Shown here: one piece after another, positions 8,077 through 17,407 of the stretch | Layout of the letters: the number at the start of each line of letters is the position of its first letter | How positions within the stretch are numbered: the first letter of the stretch is position 1 | Assembly: GCA_039804865.1 (NCBI GenBank) | Contig: JBDLVH010000027.1 | Location: 4,193-68,192, forward strand | Direction of reading: 5' to 3' | Length of the DNA: 64,000 bases | Origin: Actinomycetota bacterium | Lineage (GTDB): Bacteria; Actinomycetota; Actinomycetes; Actinomycetales; Microbacteriaceae | Notes under the pieces: model-generated | What the model was told of the DNA's origin: nothing | What the model saw: the letters and a program-made list of their open reading frames with translations, nothing else | Databases searched by the model: none | Position numbers and translations under genes: made by a program

Positions 8077-9477
8077 TTACTGAGCTGCGCGGCTGATTGC
8101 GATCTGCTCGTTGCGGTCTACAACCTTCACGCGCTCGCGAGGCACTTCGGTGCCCTCGGTCTCGCCGTGCTTGCGCACCTTGATGCTGCCAAACTTGGCG
8201 CCCAGGCCAAGCTCGTGGGCATCCAGAGCGTTCCAGCCCTTCCAGTTGGTGTAGGCCACTCCGCGCTGCTCCAGCAGTGCCAGCAGCTCATCGGTGCTGG
8301 TAACGGCTGGGTCTGCAAGCTTGTCTACATCGGCAACTAGGTTCTCGATGGTCTCCATGGCGTCGCTCTTGGTGTGGCCGATGAGGCCAACCGGACCACG
8401 CTTGATCCAACCGGTGGCGTAGATGCCCTGAACCTGGCTGTCGTCGCCGTTTACAACGCGGCCACCGATGTTGCGGATCACGCCGTACTCGTGGTTGAAC
8501 GGAACCTCTGGCAGCTCGGAGCCCCAGTAACCGATTGCGCGGTAGATGGCCTGGAGGTCGTAGTTGCGAATCTCGCCGGTACCGACGATCTTGCCGTCGG
8601 CGGCTGCGGCGGTGCGCTCAAACTGCATGCCGCTGACCTTGCCATCGGTGCCGGTGATGGCAACTGGCTTGCTCCAGAAGTGCAGGTGCAAACGACGCTT
8701 GGCGCCAGTCTGCTCGCGCTCGCGCCAGGATTCCATGACTCGGGCCATTACGCGGTGCTGGTTGGTAACGCCCTCGGCGTCCTCGTCGAACCAGCCCTCA
8801 GGGAAGTCTTCGTCGTAGAGCACGATGTCGAGGTCGTTGACCTCACCCAACTCGCGCAGCTCGATTGGGGAGAACTTGATGGAGGCTGGACCACGGCGAC
8901 CAAAGACGTGAACGTCGGTGACCGGCGATGCCTTGAGACCCTCGTAGACGTTGGCAGGGATGTCGGTGCTGAGCAGGTCGTCTGCCTGCTTGGCCAACAT
9001 GCGGGCCACGTCTAGGGCCACGTTGCCGTTACCTAGAACCGCAACCTTCTGGGCAGTCAATGGCCAGGTGCGAGCAACGTCTGGGTGGCCGTCGTACCAG
9101 CTAACGAAGTCGGCGGCACCGAACGAGCCGTCGAGGTCGATGCCTGGGATGCTCAGCTGGGCGTCGTGGATAGCGCCGGTTGCAAAGATCACGGCGTGGT
9201 AGTGCTTGCGCACATCCTCGATGGTGATGTCCTTGCCAAAGCGAACGTTGCCGAAGAAACTGATGTTGCCCGAGTTGAGCATCTCGTGCAGCGAATTGAC
9301 GATGCCCTTGATGCGAGGGTGGTCTGGTGCCACACCGTAGCGAATCAGGCCGTAAGGCGCAGGTAGCTGGTCAAACAGGTCGATGGTCACGTCTGGGTAG
9401 GCGTTGGCGAGGATGTTACCTGCGTAGATACCGGCAGGGCCCGCGCCAAAAATGGCCACGCGAATTGCTTTGCTCAT
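8077..9477 (-). CDS. fprA: Ferredoxin/flavodoxin-NADP+ reductase (FprA / adrenodoxin reductase type)
   Basis: GAGPAG, PYGLIRYGVAPDH, GNGNVALDVAR, GWIKRGPVGLIG; last gene of the cys operon. Confidence 0.9.
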   Translation of the reverse strand: MSKAIRVAIFGAGPAGIYAGNILANAYPDVTIDLFDQLPAPYGLIRYGVAPDHPRIKGIVNSLHEMLNSGNISFFGNVRFGKDITIEDVRKHYHAVIFATGAIHDAQLSIPGIDLDGSFGAADFVSWYDGHPDVARTWPLTAQKVAVLGNGNVALDVARMLAKQADDLLSTDIPANVYEGLKASPVTDVHVFGRRGPASIKFSPIELRELGEVNDLDIVLYDEDFPEGWFDEDAEGVTNQHRVMARVMESWREREQTGAKRRLHLHFWSKPVAITGTDGKVSGMQFERTAAAADGKIVGTGEIRNYDLQAIYRAIGYWGSELPEVPFNHEYGVIRNIGGRVVNGDDSQVQGIYATGWIKRGPVGLIGHTKSDAMETIENLVADVDKLADPAVTSTDELLALLEQRGVAYTNWKGWNALDAHELGLGAKFGSIKVRKHGETEGTEVPRERVKVVDRNEQIAISRAAQ

Positions 9478-9494
9478 GAAGTCTTTGTTCTTTC

Positions 9495-10751
9495 TTATTT
9501 GCTCAAACTAATTTCGCCTACCAGCTGGGCTGGGGCAAATTCGCTTTGTAAAACAACGTCACCAACCACGATGATGGCTGGCGATTTAACCGCACGCGAG
9601 GCGGCAAGTTCTGAAATGGTGGCCAGGGTGCCAAAGGTCACTCGCTGGTTTGGGCCGAAGCCGTCTTCGATGATTGCCACCGGGCAATCTCCTCCGCGCT
9701 GACCAGCGGCAAGAGCCTGAGCCGACTCCGCGAGGGTGCTGACACCCATGAGGATTACCACGGTGTGATCGCGACCGCCTGCGATAGGCGCAAGAGCCTC
9801 GTGACCGGTGATGACGGTGAAGGCGGTGGCCACTCCCCTGTGAGTAACCGGGATGCCAACGGCTGCCGGAACACTGATGGCGCTGGTTACGCCAGGAACA
9901 ACCTCTACCGAGACGCCGTGCTGCGCACAGAACTTGAGCTCTTCGCCGCCGCGACCAAGCACGTAAGGGTCTCCGCCCTTGAGGCGAACCACCTTTTTGC
10001 CGGCCTTGGCCTGGTCCACCAGAATCTGGTTGATCTCTTCCTGCGGGATTGGGTGGTGGTCTGGCATCTTGCCAACGTTGATGACCAACGCGGTTGGTGC
10101 CAGGTCGTCCAGCAGTGAAGTTGGGCCGAGTCGATCGGTGACCACCACGTCTGCCTGCTTCAAGAGCTGCAGTCCGAGAGCGGTGATTAGACCTGGGTGA
10201 CCAGGGCCACCACCAACCAGGGCTACGGTTCCCGAAACTTGGAGTTTGCCAGTCACTCCATCGCTGCCCAGTTTAGAGTTGCGACTGCGCTCTGGGGCGA
10301 GTTCGCCAGACTCCAACAGATCACGGATGGCATCTCGAAGGGCCATGCCACGACGAGGGTCGCCGCCACCAAAGCTGGCAACGGTTAGGCCATCGTGGCG
10401 GGTGACAGCCGGAACCCACGCGGTGGATTCCTCGGCGGTGGCGGCATTCACACAGAGGGTTCGGCTGGCTTCGCACTCGGACGAAACCAGGGCGTCAACG
10501 GCTGCAACACCGGTTGCGGTGTGAACTAGCCAGGCACCCTCGGTGTCTCCGGTTGCAAACTCGCGCTGCAGCCACTCAATCTGGCCGGTTTGGGCCAGGG
10601 TGGCCAACTCGGCGGTTACCGCTGGAGAAATCACTCGCACCAAGGCCTCGGCCTGAAGCAGGCCAATCACTCGGCGCGTGCCCACGGCTCCGCCGCCCAC
10701 CACGAGGGTGGGTTTGCCCGCAATGCGCAGGCCCAGCGGATAGATGGACAT
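9495..10751 (-). CDS. cysG: Siroheme synthase (precorrin-2 dehydrogenase plus uroporphyrinogen-III C-methyltransferase)
   Basis: N-terminal VVGGGAVG NAD motif; C-terminal LVGGGPG, RLKGGDPYVLGRGGEE, VPGVTSA, GIPVTHRG. Confidence 0.9.
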   Translation of the reverse strand: MSIYPLGLRIAGKPTLVVGGGAVGTRRVIGLLQAEALVRVISPAVTAELATLAQTGQIEWLQREFATGDTEGAWLVHTATGVAAVDALVSSECEASRTLCVNAATAEESTAWVPAVTRHDGLTVASFGGGDPRRGMALRDAIRDLLESGELAPERSRNSKLGSDGVTGKLQVSGTVALVGGGPGHPGLITALGLQLLKQADVVVTDRLGPTSLLDDLAPTALVINVGKMPDHHPIPQEEINQILVDQAKAGKKVVRLKGGDPYVLGRGGEELKFCAQHGVSVEVVPGVTSAISVPAAVGIPVTHRGVATAFTVITGHEALAPIAGGRDHTVVILMGVSTLAESAQALAAGQRGGDCPVAIIEDGFGPNQRVTFGTLATISELAASRAVKSPAIIVVGDVVLQSEFAPAQLVGEISLSK

Positions 10752-10754
10752 TAG

Positions 10755-12110
10755 TTAGATGGCCCACTCGGTTTGCTTGGTGTGGATACCGGCGGCCATG
10801 GTTGCACCGTCCTGCGGGTGAATCAGCAGGAAGGCACCGGCGCGGCGGTTCTGGGCGTAGTCATCGATGGCGATGGCAGTTGCCAGACGCAGGCTAGCGT
10901 GACCGATGTCGTTGATCTCCAGCTTGTCGGCTGGGTCGATTGCCAGGGTGTCTAGGTTGCGACGACCCTCGATGGCCGAGACCATAACCTGAGTGGTGAC
11001 GGTTCCGGTCTTCAGCAGCAGGCGCTGACCGGCAACTAGCGGACGTGGGTCTAGCCAGAAGAGCTCGCCCGAAATGTTGTTGACCGGCTCTGGCAGGGTG
11101 CCGGCAGCGGCGATTACGGCACCGCGAGCCAGGTCGAACTGGTCCGCCAGCTGCAGCGCAATGCTCTGCGGGGCAAACGCGGTCTGCACCTCGCGGTCTG
11201 CGATGGCCAGGCCGGTGACGGTGGTCTTGAAACCACCCGGGTGAAGCTCAACTGCATCTCCAACCGAAACCGAACCTGACGAAATCTGACCCAGGTAGCC
11301 ACGGTAGTCGCGGAACTCATCGGCCTTGTCGGCTAGGTCGGTGGCAAGCGCACCCTGAGGGCGAAGCACGTACTGAACCGGCAGACGGAATGGGTCGTTG
11401 GTGTTCTGAATCTCGTCCACCGATGGCAGGGTCTCAAGCAGCTGCATCAGGGTTGGGCCGTTGTACCAAGGGGTCTTGGTGCTAGCCTCAACCACGTTGT
11501 CGCCGGCAAGAGCCGAAACCGGGATGGCGTGAACATTGGTGATGCCAAGGTCGCGGGTGACGCTGGCAAGCTGCGCCAGAATGCCGTCGAAGACCTCTTG
11601 GCTGAAGTCAACCAGGTCGATCTTGTTTACGGCCACGATGACGTTTGGTACGCGAAGCAGGTGCACCACGCTGAGGTGGCGGCGGGTCTGCTCCAGCACA
11701 CCCAGGCGGGCATCGATGAGCACGATCACTGCGTCTGCGGTGGCCGCGCCGGTAACCATGTTGCGGGTGTACTGAACGTGTCCTGGGCAGTCGGCCAGGA
11801 TGAAGCTGCGCTGGGCGGTAGAGAAGTAGCGGTAGGCCACATCGATGGTGATGCCCTGTTCGCGCTCGGCACGAAGGCCATCGGTGAGCAGAGCCAGGTC
11901 AAGACCGCCACCCTCGCCACCAAAGCCACGCTCGGCCGAGGTGCGAGCAACAGACTCGAGCTGGTCTACCAAAATGCTCTTGCTGTCGTGCAGTAGGCGG
12001 CCAACCAGGGTGGACTTGCCGTCGTCAACCGAACCGGCAGTTGCAAAACGGAATAGACCGCGGGCAGCCTCAAGGGTGCCGCTGATAGCGGCTGATGATG
12101 TCTGAGCCAT
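10755..12110 (-). CDS. cysN: Sulfate adenylyltransferase subunit 1 (GTPase), no APS-kinase fusion
   Basis: TAGSVDDGKSTLVGRL, EREQGITIDVAYRYF, DCPGH, NKID. Confidence 0.95.
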   Translation of the reverse strand: MAQTSSAAISGTLEAARGLFRFATAGSVDDGKSTLVGRLLHDSKSILVDQLESVARTSAERGFGGEGGGLDLALLTDGLRAEREQGITIDVAYRYFSTAQRSFILADCPGHVQYTRNMVTGAATADAVIVLIDARLGVLEQTRRHLSVVHLLRVPNVIVAVNKIDLVDFSQEVFDGILAQLASVTRDLGITNVHAIPVSALAGDNVVEASTKTPWYNGPTLMQLLETLPSVDEIQNTNDPFRLPVQYVLRPQGALATDLADKADEFRDYRGYLGQISSGSVSVGDAVELHPGGFKTTVTGLAIADREVQTAFAPQSIALQLADQFDLARGAVIAAAGTLPEPVNNISGELFWLDPRPLVAGQRLLLKTGTVTTQVMVSAIEGRRNLDTLAIDPADKLEINDIGHASLRLATAIAIDDYAQNRRAGAFLLIHPQDGATMAAGIHTKQTEWAI

Positions 12111-13027
12111 TAGAAGTAGCCCTCCTTCTTACGGTCTTCCATCGCGGCTTCGCTGATGCGGTCGTCTGCGCGAGTGGCGCCACGTTCGGTGATGGTGCTG
12201 GCGGCAACCTCAAGCACAACATCGCTGATGTTGACTGCGTTGGACTCAACAGCGCCGGTGCAAGACATGTCGCCCACGGTGCGGTAGCGAACCAGGCGCT
12301 TCTCAACAACCTCGTTTGGCTCTGGCATGGAAACCGGTCCAACCGCACGCCACATGCCGTCGCGGCGGTAGACCTCGCGCTCGTGCGCCAGGTATAGCGG
12401 TGGCAACTCAATGCCCTCGCGCTCGATGTAGCGCCAGATGTCCAGCTCGGTCCAGTTGCTGATTGGGAAGGCACGAACGTGCTGGCCCGGCAGGTGACGA
12501 CCGTTGTAAAGGTTCCAGAGTTCTGGACGCTGGTTGCGTGGATCCCACTGACCAAATTCGTCGCGCAGGCTGATGATGCGTTCCTTGGCGCGGGCCTTGT
12601 CCTCGTCGCGGCGAGCGCCGCCGAATACGGCGTCGAACTTGCCCTCGGTGATGGCATCAAGCAGCGGAAGGGTCTGCAGCGGGTTGCGGGTGCCGTCTGG
12701 GCGCTCCTGCAGAATGCCCTTGTCGATGTAGTCCTGCACCTTGGCAACGATGAGCTTGGCGCCAAGCTTCTCGGCGGTGCGGTCGCGGAACTCGAGAACC
12801 TCAGGGAAGTTGTGACCGGTGTCTACGTGCAACAGCGGGAATGGAACCTTGCCTGGGTAGAAGGCCTTGGCTGCAAGGTGCAGCACAACAACTGAGTCTT
12901 TACCACCCGAGAACAAAAGCACAGGGCGCTCGAACTCGGCGACGACCTCACGGATGATGTGGATCGACTCGCTCTCGAGCGTGTCTAGAAGACCCAGATG
13001 CTGCTGGGCGTCAGTTTTGTTACTCAT
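12110..13027 (-). CDS. cysD: Sulfate adenylyltransferase subunit 2
   Basis: Start MSNKTD at 13027; FSGGKDS, HVDTGHNF, GARRDEDKARAKER, DRKKEGYF. Confidence 0.95.
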   Translation of the reverse strand: MSNKTDAQQHLGLLDTLESESIHIIREVVAEFERPVLLFSGGKDSVVVLHLAAKAFYPGKVPFPLLHVDTGHNFPEVLEFRDRTAEKLGAKLIVAKVQDYIDKGILQERPDGTRNPLQTLPLLDAITEGKFDAVFGGARRDEDKARAKERIISLRDEFGQWDPRNQRPELWNLYNGRHLPGQHVRAFPISNWTELDIWRYIEREGIELPPLYLAHEREVYRRDGMWRAVGPVSMPEPNEVVEKRLVRYRTVGDMSCTGAVESNAVNISDVVLEVAASTITERGATRADDRISEAAMEDRKKEGYF

Positions 13028-13770
13028 AGGTGTAGGCCACATTCCACTTTGTTTGCTCCGGCCCAGCGGCCAGAACGAGGGTCTTCGCCGGGGGCAACCG
13101 GCTTGGTGCAAGGCTCGCATCCGATGGATGGGTAGCCGTTTGAAAGCAATAGGTTTACCGGCACCTTGTGCTCGGTGGCGTAGTCGATCAGCTCATCGAA
13201 GGTCCAGGCGGCTAGCGGGTTTACCTTAACCAGACCATTCTTCTCGTCCCACTGAACCAGCGGGGTGAAGGTGCGAGTCTCAGCCTCATCGCGGCGAACG
13301 CCGGTGAACCAAAGCTCAAAGTTCTTGAGGCTGTTGGTTAGCGGGTCTACCTTGCGCAGCTGGCAGCAGAGGTTTGGGTCGCGCTCGTAGAGCTTGGCAC
13401 CGTACTCGGCGTCCTGCTGAGCCACGGTCTGCTTTGGCTTGATGTCCAGGATGCGAACCGGCAGGGCGCGGGCAACCTCATCGCGGGTGGCGTGGGTCTC
13501 GGCAAAGTGGTAACCGGTGTCGAGGAACAGCACCTCTACGTTTGGAATCTGCTCGGCAACAACTGCTGGCAACACCGAATCGGCCATCGAGCAGGCCACG
13601 GCAACCGCATCGGTGCCAAAGTGCTCTGCCACCCAGGCGATTACGGCCTGGTAGGTTGCCTCAGGGGCATCTGGGTTAGCAGCGCGCAGCGAGTTGAGCT
13701 CGGCTGCACCGGCCTCGGCGAGCGCCTTTAGCTCTGCTACGGAACGCTTCTGTTCTAATGCGACGGTCAC
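13024..13770 (-). CDS. cysH: APS/PAPS reductase with [4Fe-4S] motifs (APS reductase type)
   Basis: GTG start overlapping the sir stop; LDTGYHF, LCCQLRK, SIGCEPCT, terminal ECGLH. Confidence 0.92.
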   Translation of the reverse strand: MTVALEQKRSVAELKALAEAGAAELNSLRAANPDAPEATYQAVIAWVAEHFGTDAVAVACSMADSVLPAVVAEQIPNVEVLFLDTGYHFAETHATRDEVARALPVRILDIKPKQTVAQQDAEYGAKLYERDPNLCCQLRKVDPLTNSLKNFELWFTGVRRDEAETRTFTPLVQWDEKNGLVKVNPLAAWTFDELIDYATEHKVPVNLLLSNGYPSIGCEPCTKPVAPGEDPRSGRWAGANKVECGLHL

Positions 13771-15455
13771 TTTAGCTTCTCCTCGTCTGCACGGTGAGCC
13801 CACTCGGCAAAGGTCTCTTCGCCGGTCTTGTCGGATACGTAGCTGCGGGTTACGCGCTCAACGTATTCGGTGAGGTTAGCTGCGGTCACCTTTAGGCCAC
13901 GAACGGTACGACCCAGGCCGGCCTCATCGCGGTCCTTGCTGGCAAGGCCTCCGCCAAGGTGTACCTGGAAGCCAGGCTCCTGGCCGCCGTTGCCGTCTGG
14001 AAGCAGCATGCCCTTGAGGCCGATGTCTGCGATCTGGATGCGGGCACAGCTGTTTGGGCAGCCGTTGATGTTTAGGGTGATTGGGCGCTCGAGGTTGAGG
14101 TCCTTGGTGGACTCATCCAGGGCATCGATGGCAGCCGAGGCCACACCCTTGGTCTCAACGATGGCCAGCTTGCAGAACTCGATACCGGTGCAGGCCATGG
14201 TGGAGCGACGGAAGTTGCCCGGCTCGCTCTCGAGGCCAAGAGCCTTGAGGCCGGCAACCACGGTTGCCACGTTCTCTGCAGGCACGTCCAGCACAACCAA
14301 CTTCTGGTGTGCGGTGAAGGCAAGGCGGCCAGAGCCGTTTGCCTCCAGCAGGTCTGCTAGGCCCAAAAGGATTTCGCCACTGATGCGGCCAACCTTTGGA
14401 GCTGCGCCGATGTAGAACTTGCCGTCCTTCTGCTCGTGCACACCGATGTGGTCTCCCACGGTCTTTGGCTGTGGCGCGGCAGGACCGTCTGGAAGTGGCG
14501 ACGAGAGGTACTCGGTTTCTAGCACCGAACGGAACTTCTCTACACCCCAGTCCATGACCAAGAACTTTAGGCGGGCCTTGTTTCGCTGACGACGGTAGCC
14601 GTAGTCGCGGAAGACCTGGCAAACACCGTGCCAGGTTTCGGCCACGCGGTCTGGGGAAACCCAGACGCCAAGGCGCTCGGCCAGGTGCGGGTTGGTGCTT
14701 AGACCGCCACCAACCCAGAGGTCGAAGCCAACGCCAAACTCAGGGTGTTCCACGGCAACAAACGAAACATCGTTGATCTCGTGAACCACGTCCTGGCTTG
14801 GGTGGCCAGTGATGGCGCTCTTGAACTTGCGAGGCAGGTTCTGAAGGGCTGGGTCGCCGATGAAGCGCTGCTTGATGTCGGCGATGATTGGGCTCACATC
14901 GATGAGCTCGTCCTTGGCCAGGCCGGCAACCGGCGAACCCAGGATGATGCGCGGCACGTCGCCGCAGGCATCGGTGGAATCTAGACCGATTTCCTCGAGG
15001 CGGTTCCAGATGGTTGGCACATCGCGGATGTCAATCCAGTGCATCTGGATGTTCTGGCGGTCTGAGATGTCAGCGGTGCCGCGGCCGTGCTTGATGGAGA
15101 TGTCGGCGATGGTGCGAAGCTGGTGGGTGGTGAGCTGGCCGCCATCGATGCGCACGCGCATCATGAAGTACTTGTCTTCGAGGTCGGAGTCTTCAAGCTG
15201 GGCGGTGCGGCCACCCTCGATGCCTGGCTTGCGTTGGGTGTAGAGACCCCACCAACGCAGACGACCGTTCTTGTCGGTTGGGAAGATGCTGTCGAAGCCG
15301 TGCTTGGCGTAGTACTTCTCCACGCGCTCGCGCACGTTGAGACCAGGGTCGGCCTGCTTCCAGACCTCGTTAGGGTTTAGCGGCTCTTTGCCGTCAACCT
15401 TCCACTGGCCGTTTGGGCGTGCGTCGCGTACTGGGCGCTCCGGCTTCTCGGTCAT
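13767..15455 (-). CDS. sir: Ferredoxin-dependent sulfite reductase (siroheme/4Fe-4S)
   Basis: RWWGLYTQR, ACGDVPR, LPRKFK, CTGIEFC and GCPNSC cluster ligands. Confidence 0.93.
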   Translation of the reverse strand: MTEKPERPVRDARPNGQWKVDGKEPLNPNEVWKQADPGLNVRERVEKYYAKHGFDSIFPTDKNGRLRWWGLYTQRKPGIEGGRTAQLEDSDLEDKYFMMRVRIDGGQLTTHQLRTIADISIKHGRGTADISDRQNIQMHWIDIRDVPTIWNRLEEIGLDSTDACGDVPRIILGSPVAGLAKDELIDVSPIIADIKQRFIGDPALQNLPRKFKSAITGHPSQDVVHEINDVSFVAVEHPEFGVGFDLWVGGGLSTNPHLAERLGVWVSPDRVAETWHGVCQVFRDYGYRRQRNKARLKFLVMDWGVEKFRSVLETEYLSSPLPDGPAAPQPKTVGDHIGVHEQKDGKFYIGAAPKVGRISGEILLGLADLLEANGSGRLAFTAHQKLVVLDVPAENVATVVAGLKALGLESEPGNFRRSTMACTGIEFCKLAIVETKGVASAAIDALDESTKDLNLERPITLNINGCPNSCARIQIADIGLKGMLLPDGNGGQEPGFQVHLGGGLASKDRDEAGLGRTVRGLKVTAANLTEYVERVTRSYVSDKTGEETFAEWAHRADEEKLK

Positions 15456-15641
15456 CGGTCCTCGTCTCAAAAGTGATTAAAGTTCTCTAGTCAAAATTCT
15501 CGCCAATAGAGGGTTAAATCCCAAGCCCGCCGGAAACATTCCGTAATGCTAGAAAACCGCGTCTTTGCAGGGATTTAGGGCAACTTGGTAAACCGAGATT
15601 GACCGGCTTTTGTTAGGCTTTAGCCAACCGAAGGACCCCCA

Positions 15642-16403
15642 TTGAATACCGCAATTTTAGCCTCCCACGGCACCGATAGCCAACCCGGTGCTGCCGCCAT
15701 CGCGGCGTTGGTTTCGGCGGTTGCGGCGGCCCTTCCAGATTGGCGCATTTATGAGTCGTTCATCGATGTGCAAAGCCCCGATGTGCCGACGGTTTTGAAC
15801 ACCGCGGCGGGCGATATTGCGGCCGATTCGAGTGCCGGAGCGCCGGCGACTGAGGGTTCGGAAGTGGCTCCGGTCACAATCGCTCCCCTGCTGCTGGCCA
15901 CCGGTTATCACGTTAGAAAAGACCTCACCGAGGCGGCCGAAGAGGCGGAAGAACAGGGCACAAAGGTTCGAATTGTGCCCGCTCTGGGCCCAGATGAACG
16001 TCTAGTGGAGGTCTTGGCTCGACGGCTTGAAGAGGCCGGCGCCACCGCGCAGGATCTGGTGATTTTGGCGGTTGCGGGCTCTAGCGACCCGGCCGCCCAG
16101 CAGCAGAGCGAGTTAGTGCATGCCATGTTGGAGCAGCGCCTGGGCCACGAAGTGCAGTTGGCCTACCTCAGCGCAACCGAACCGCGCGTGAAGGACGTCA
16201 TCCCCAAGTTGAAGTTCCAAAACCCACGCAAGCGCGTGGCCGTAAGCAGTTACCTGCTTGCAGACGGCTACTTCCAGACCAAGCTTGAGGCCAGTGGCGC
16301 ACAGGTGGTAACCCGCCCGCTCCTGGGCCCGGAGTTACCGGTGCCGCAGGAGTTGGTGGACGTGGTCATCAGCCGTCTGAACGGCCCAGACTTCGCAGGT
16401 TAA
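15642..16403 (+). CDS. Sirohydrochlorin chelatase (CbiX/SirB family)
   Basis: ASHGT, PLLLATGYHVRKD, AGSSD, YLLADGYF; divergent from sir; TTG start after AAGGA. Confidence 0.85.
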   Translation: MNTAILASHGTDSQPGAAAIAALVSAVAAALPDWRIYESFIDVQSPDVPTVLNTAAGDIAADSSAGAPATEGSEVAPVTIAPLLLATGYHVRKDLTEAAEEAEEQGTKVRIVPALGPDERLVEVLARRLEEAGATAQDLVILAVAGSSDPAAQQQSELVHAMLEQRLGHEVQLAYLSATEPRVKDVIPKLKFQNPRKRVAVSSYLLADGYFQTKLEASGAQVVTRPLLGPELPVPQELVDVVISRLNGPDFAG

Positions 16404-16415
16404 GGCGAAGTCTGG
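16386..16415. terminator. Hairpin spanning chelatase stop codon
   Basis: CCAGACTTCGC-N8-GCGAAGTCTGG. Confidence 0.45.
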
Positions 16416-16438
16416 ATAAAGCGATAACCAGCTAAGGC

Positions 16439-17407
16439 CTAGCGGTCGCCTGCTGCCAGCAAGGCAAACTTGGCGTACATGTCTTCAAACATCAGTCGGT
16501 TGTCTAGCAGACCATAGACACGGATGTGTCGACCCTCTGGGTTGGCCTGGTAGTTGCCGTCTTCAAACAGGGTTGGGCACGGAATGGTCTTCCACACGCT
16601 GCTTGCGGTGTCTGGCTCGAAGGCGGTCTGAAGCACGGTGAGCAGAACCAGCGGGCTGTCGCCTAGAACGTAGGCCTCGCCAGAGTTGCCGCCCATGGTG
16701 CCAACCCACTTGGAGACGCGAGCCAGCTCATCGTAGAGCCACTGACCCAGTGGACCCGAGCCAAGCATGCGCAGCTTCATTTCGGAGCGCGATGCCAGGC
16801 AAGAACGGTACGAATCGCGTGGCACCTGCCACAGGTTGATATCACTCTTGTTGAAGATGACCTGGCCAGCCAGCACGTCCTGGTGCAGGTTGTACTCGAG
16901 GTCAGGTGCGCCAGGCGCCTGCTCGGCTAGGCCCTCGTGCTCGCGGCCACCAATCCAAACCAGGGTCAGCTTCTCGGCGATGCGAGGCTCGATCAGGTAG
17001 GCACTGGCAATCTCGGTGAGGCTGGCACCACAGGCAATGTAAAGCGGGGTATCAACATCGGTGCGCATTGCCTCCTCGATGATGAATCGAATACCCTCAG
17101 ACTCCTGCGGGGTGTTCACGTCAACGATGGCGGCTGGTGCGCCGGCCAGAACCGGAACCTGACCGGTCATGCCACAGAGGTCTACGATCTTGTTGGCGGC
17201 CTTCACGGCCTCGGCAACGGTGTCGCGGTTGGCGTTCCATGGGTCGCCAAGGCGCAGATGAGTTCCGATGATGGCACGGATCTCGACGCTTGGGCTCAGC
17301 AGGTGGTGAGCCAACTGCAGGATGCCGTCTGGGTCGCCGCCAAAGTCGTTGTCGATGATGACGCGAGCACGCGCCGGAATGGATTCGATTGGCCAGGTGT
17401 CGATCAT
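16439..17407 (-). CDS. Nucleoside-hydrolase-fold protein with non-canonical motifs
   Basis: Start MIDTWP overlaps the GH43 stop (TAATG); RVIIDNDFGGDPDG, LTEIASA, VWIGG, EYNLHQD, LGDSPL. Confidence 0.8.
   Translation of the reverse strand: MIDTWPIESIPARARVIIDNDFGGDPDGILQLAHHLLSPSVEIRAIIGTHLRLGDPWNANRDTVAEAVKAANKIVDLCGMTGQVPVLAGAPAAIVDVNTPQESEGIRFIIEEAMRTDVDTPLYIACGASLTEIASAYLIEPRIAEKLTLVWIGGREHEGLAEQAPGAPDLEYNLHQDVLAGQVIFNKSDINLWQVPRDSYRSCLASRSEMKLRMLGSGPLGQWLYDELARVSKWVGTMGGNSGEAYVLGDSPLVLLTVLQTAFEPDTASSVWKTIPCPTLFEDGNYQANPEGRHIRVYGLLDNRLMFEDMYAKFALLAAGDR

Noticed and set aside
15471-15641. Possible second Rrf2 operator upstream of sir (AGTTCTCTAGTCAAA)
   Set aside because: Only a weak half-site resemblance; no inverted partner.
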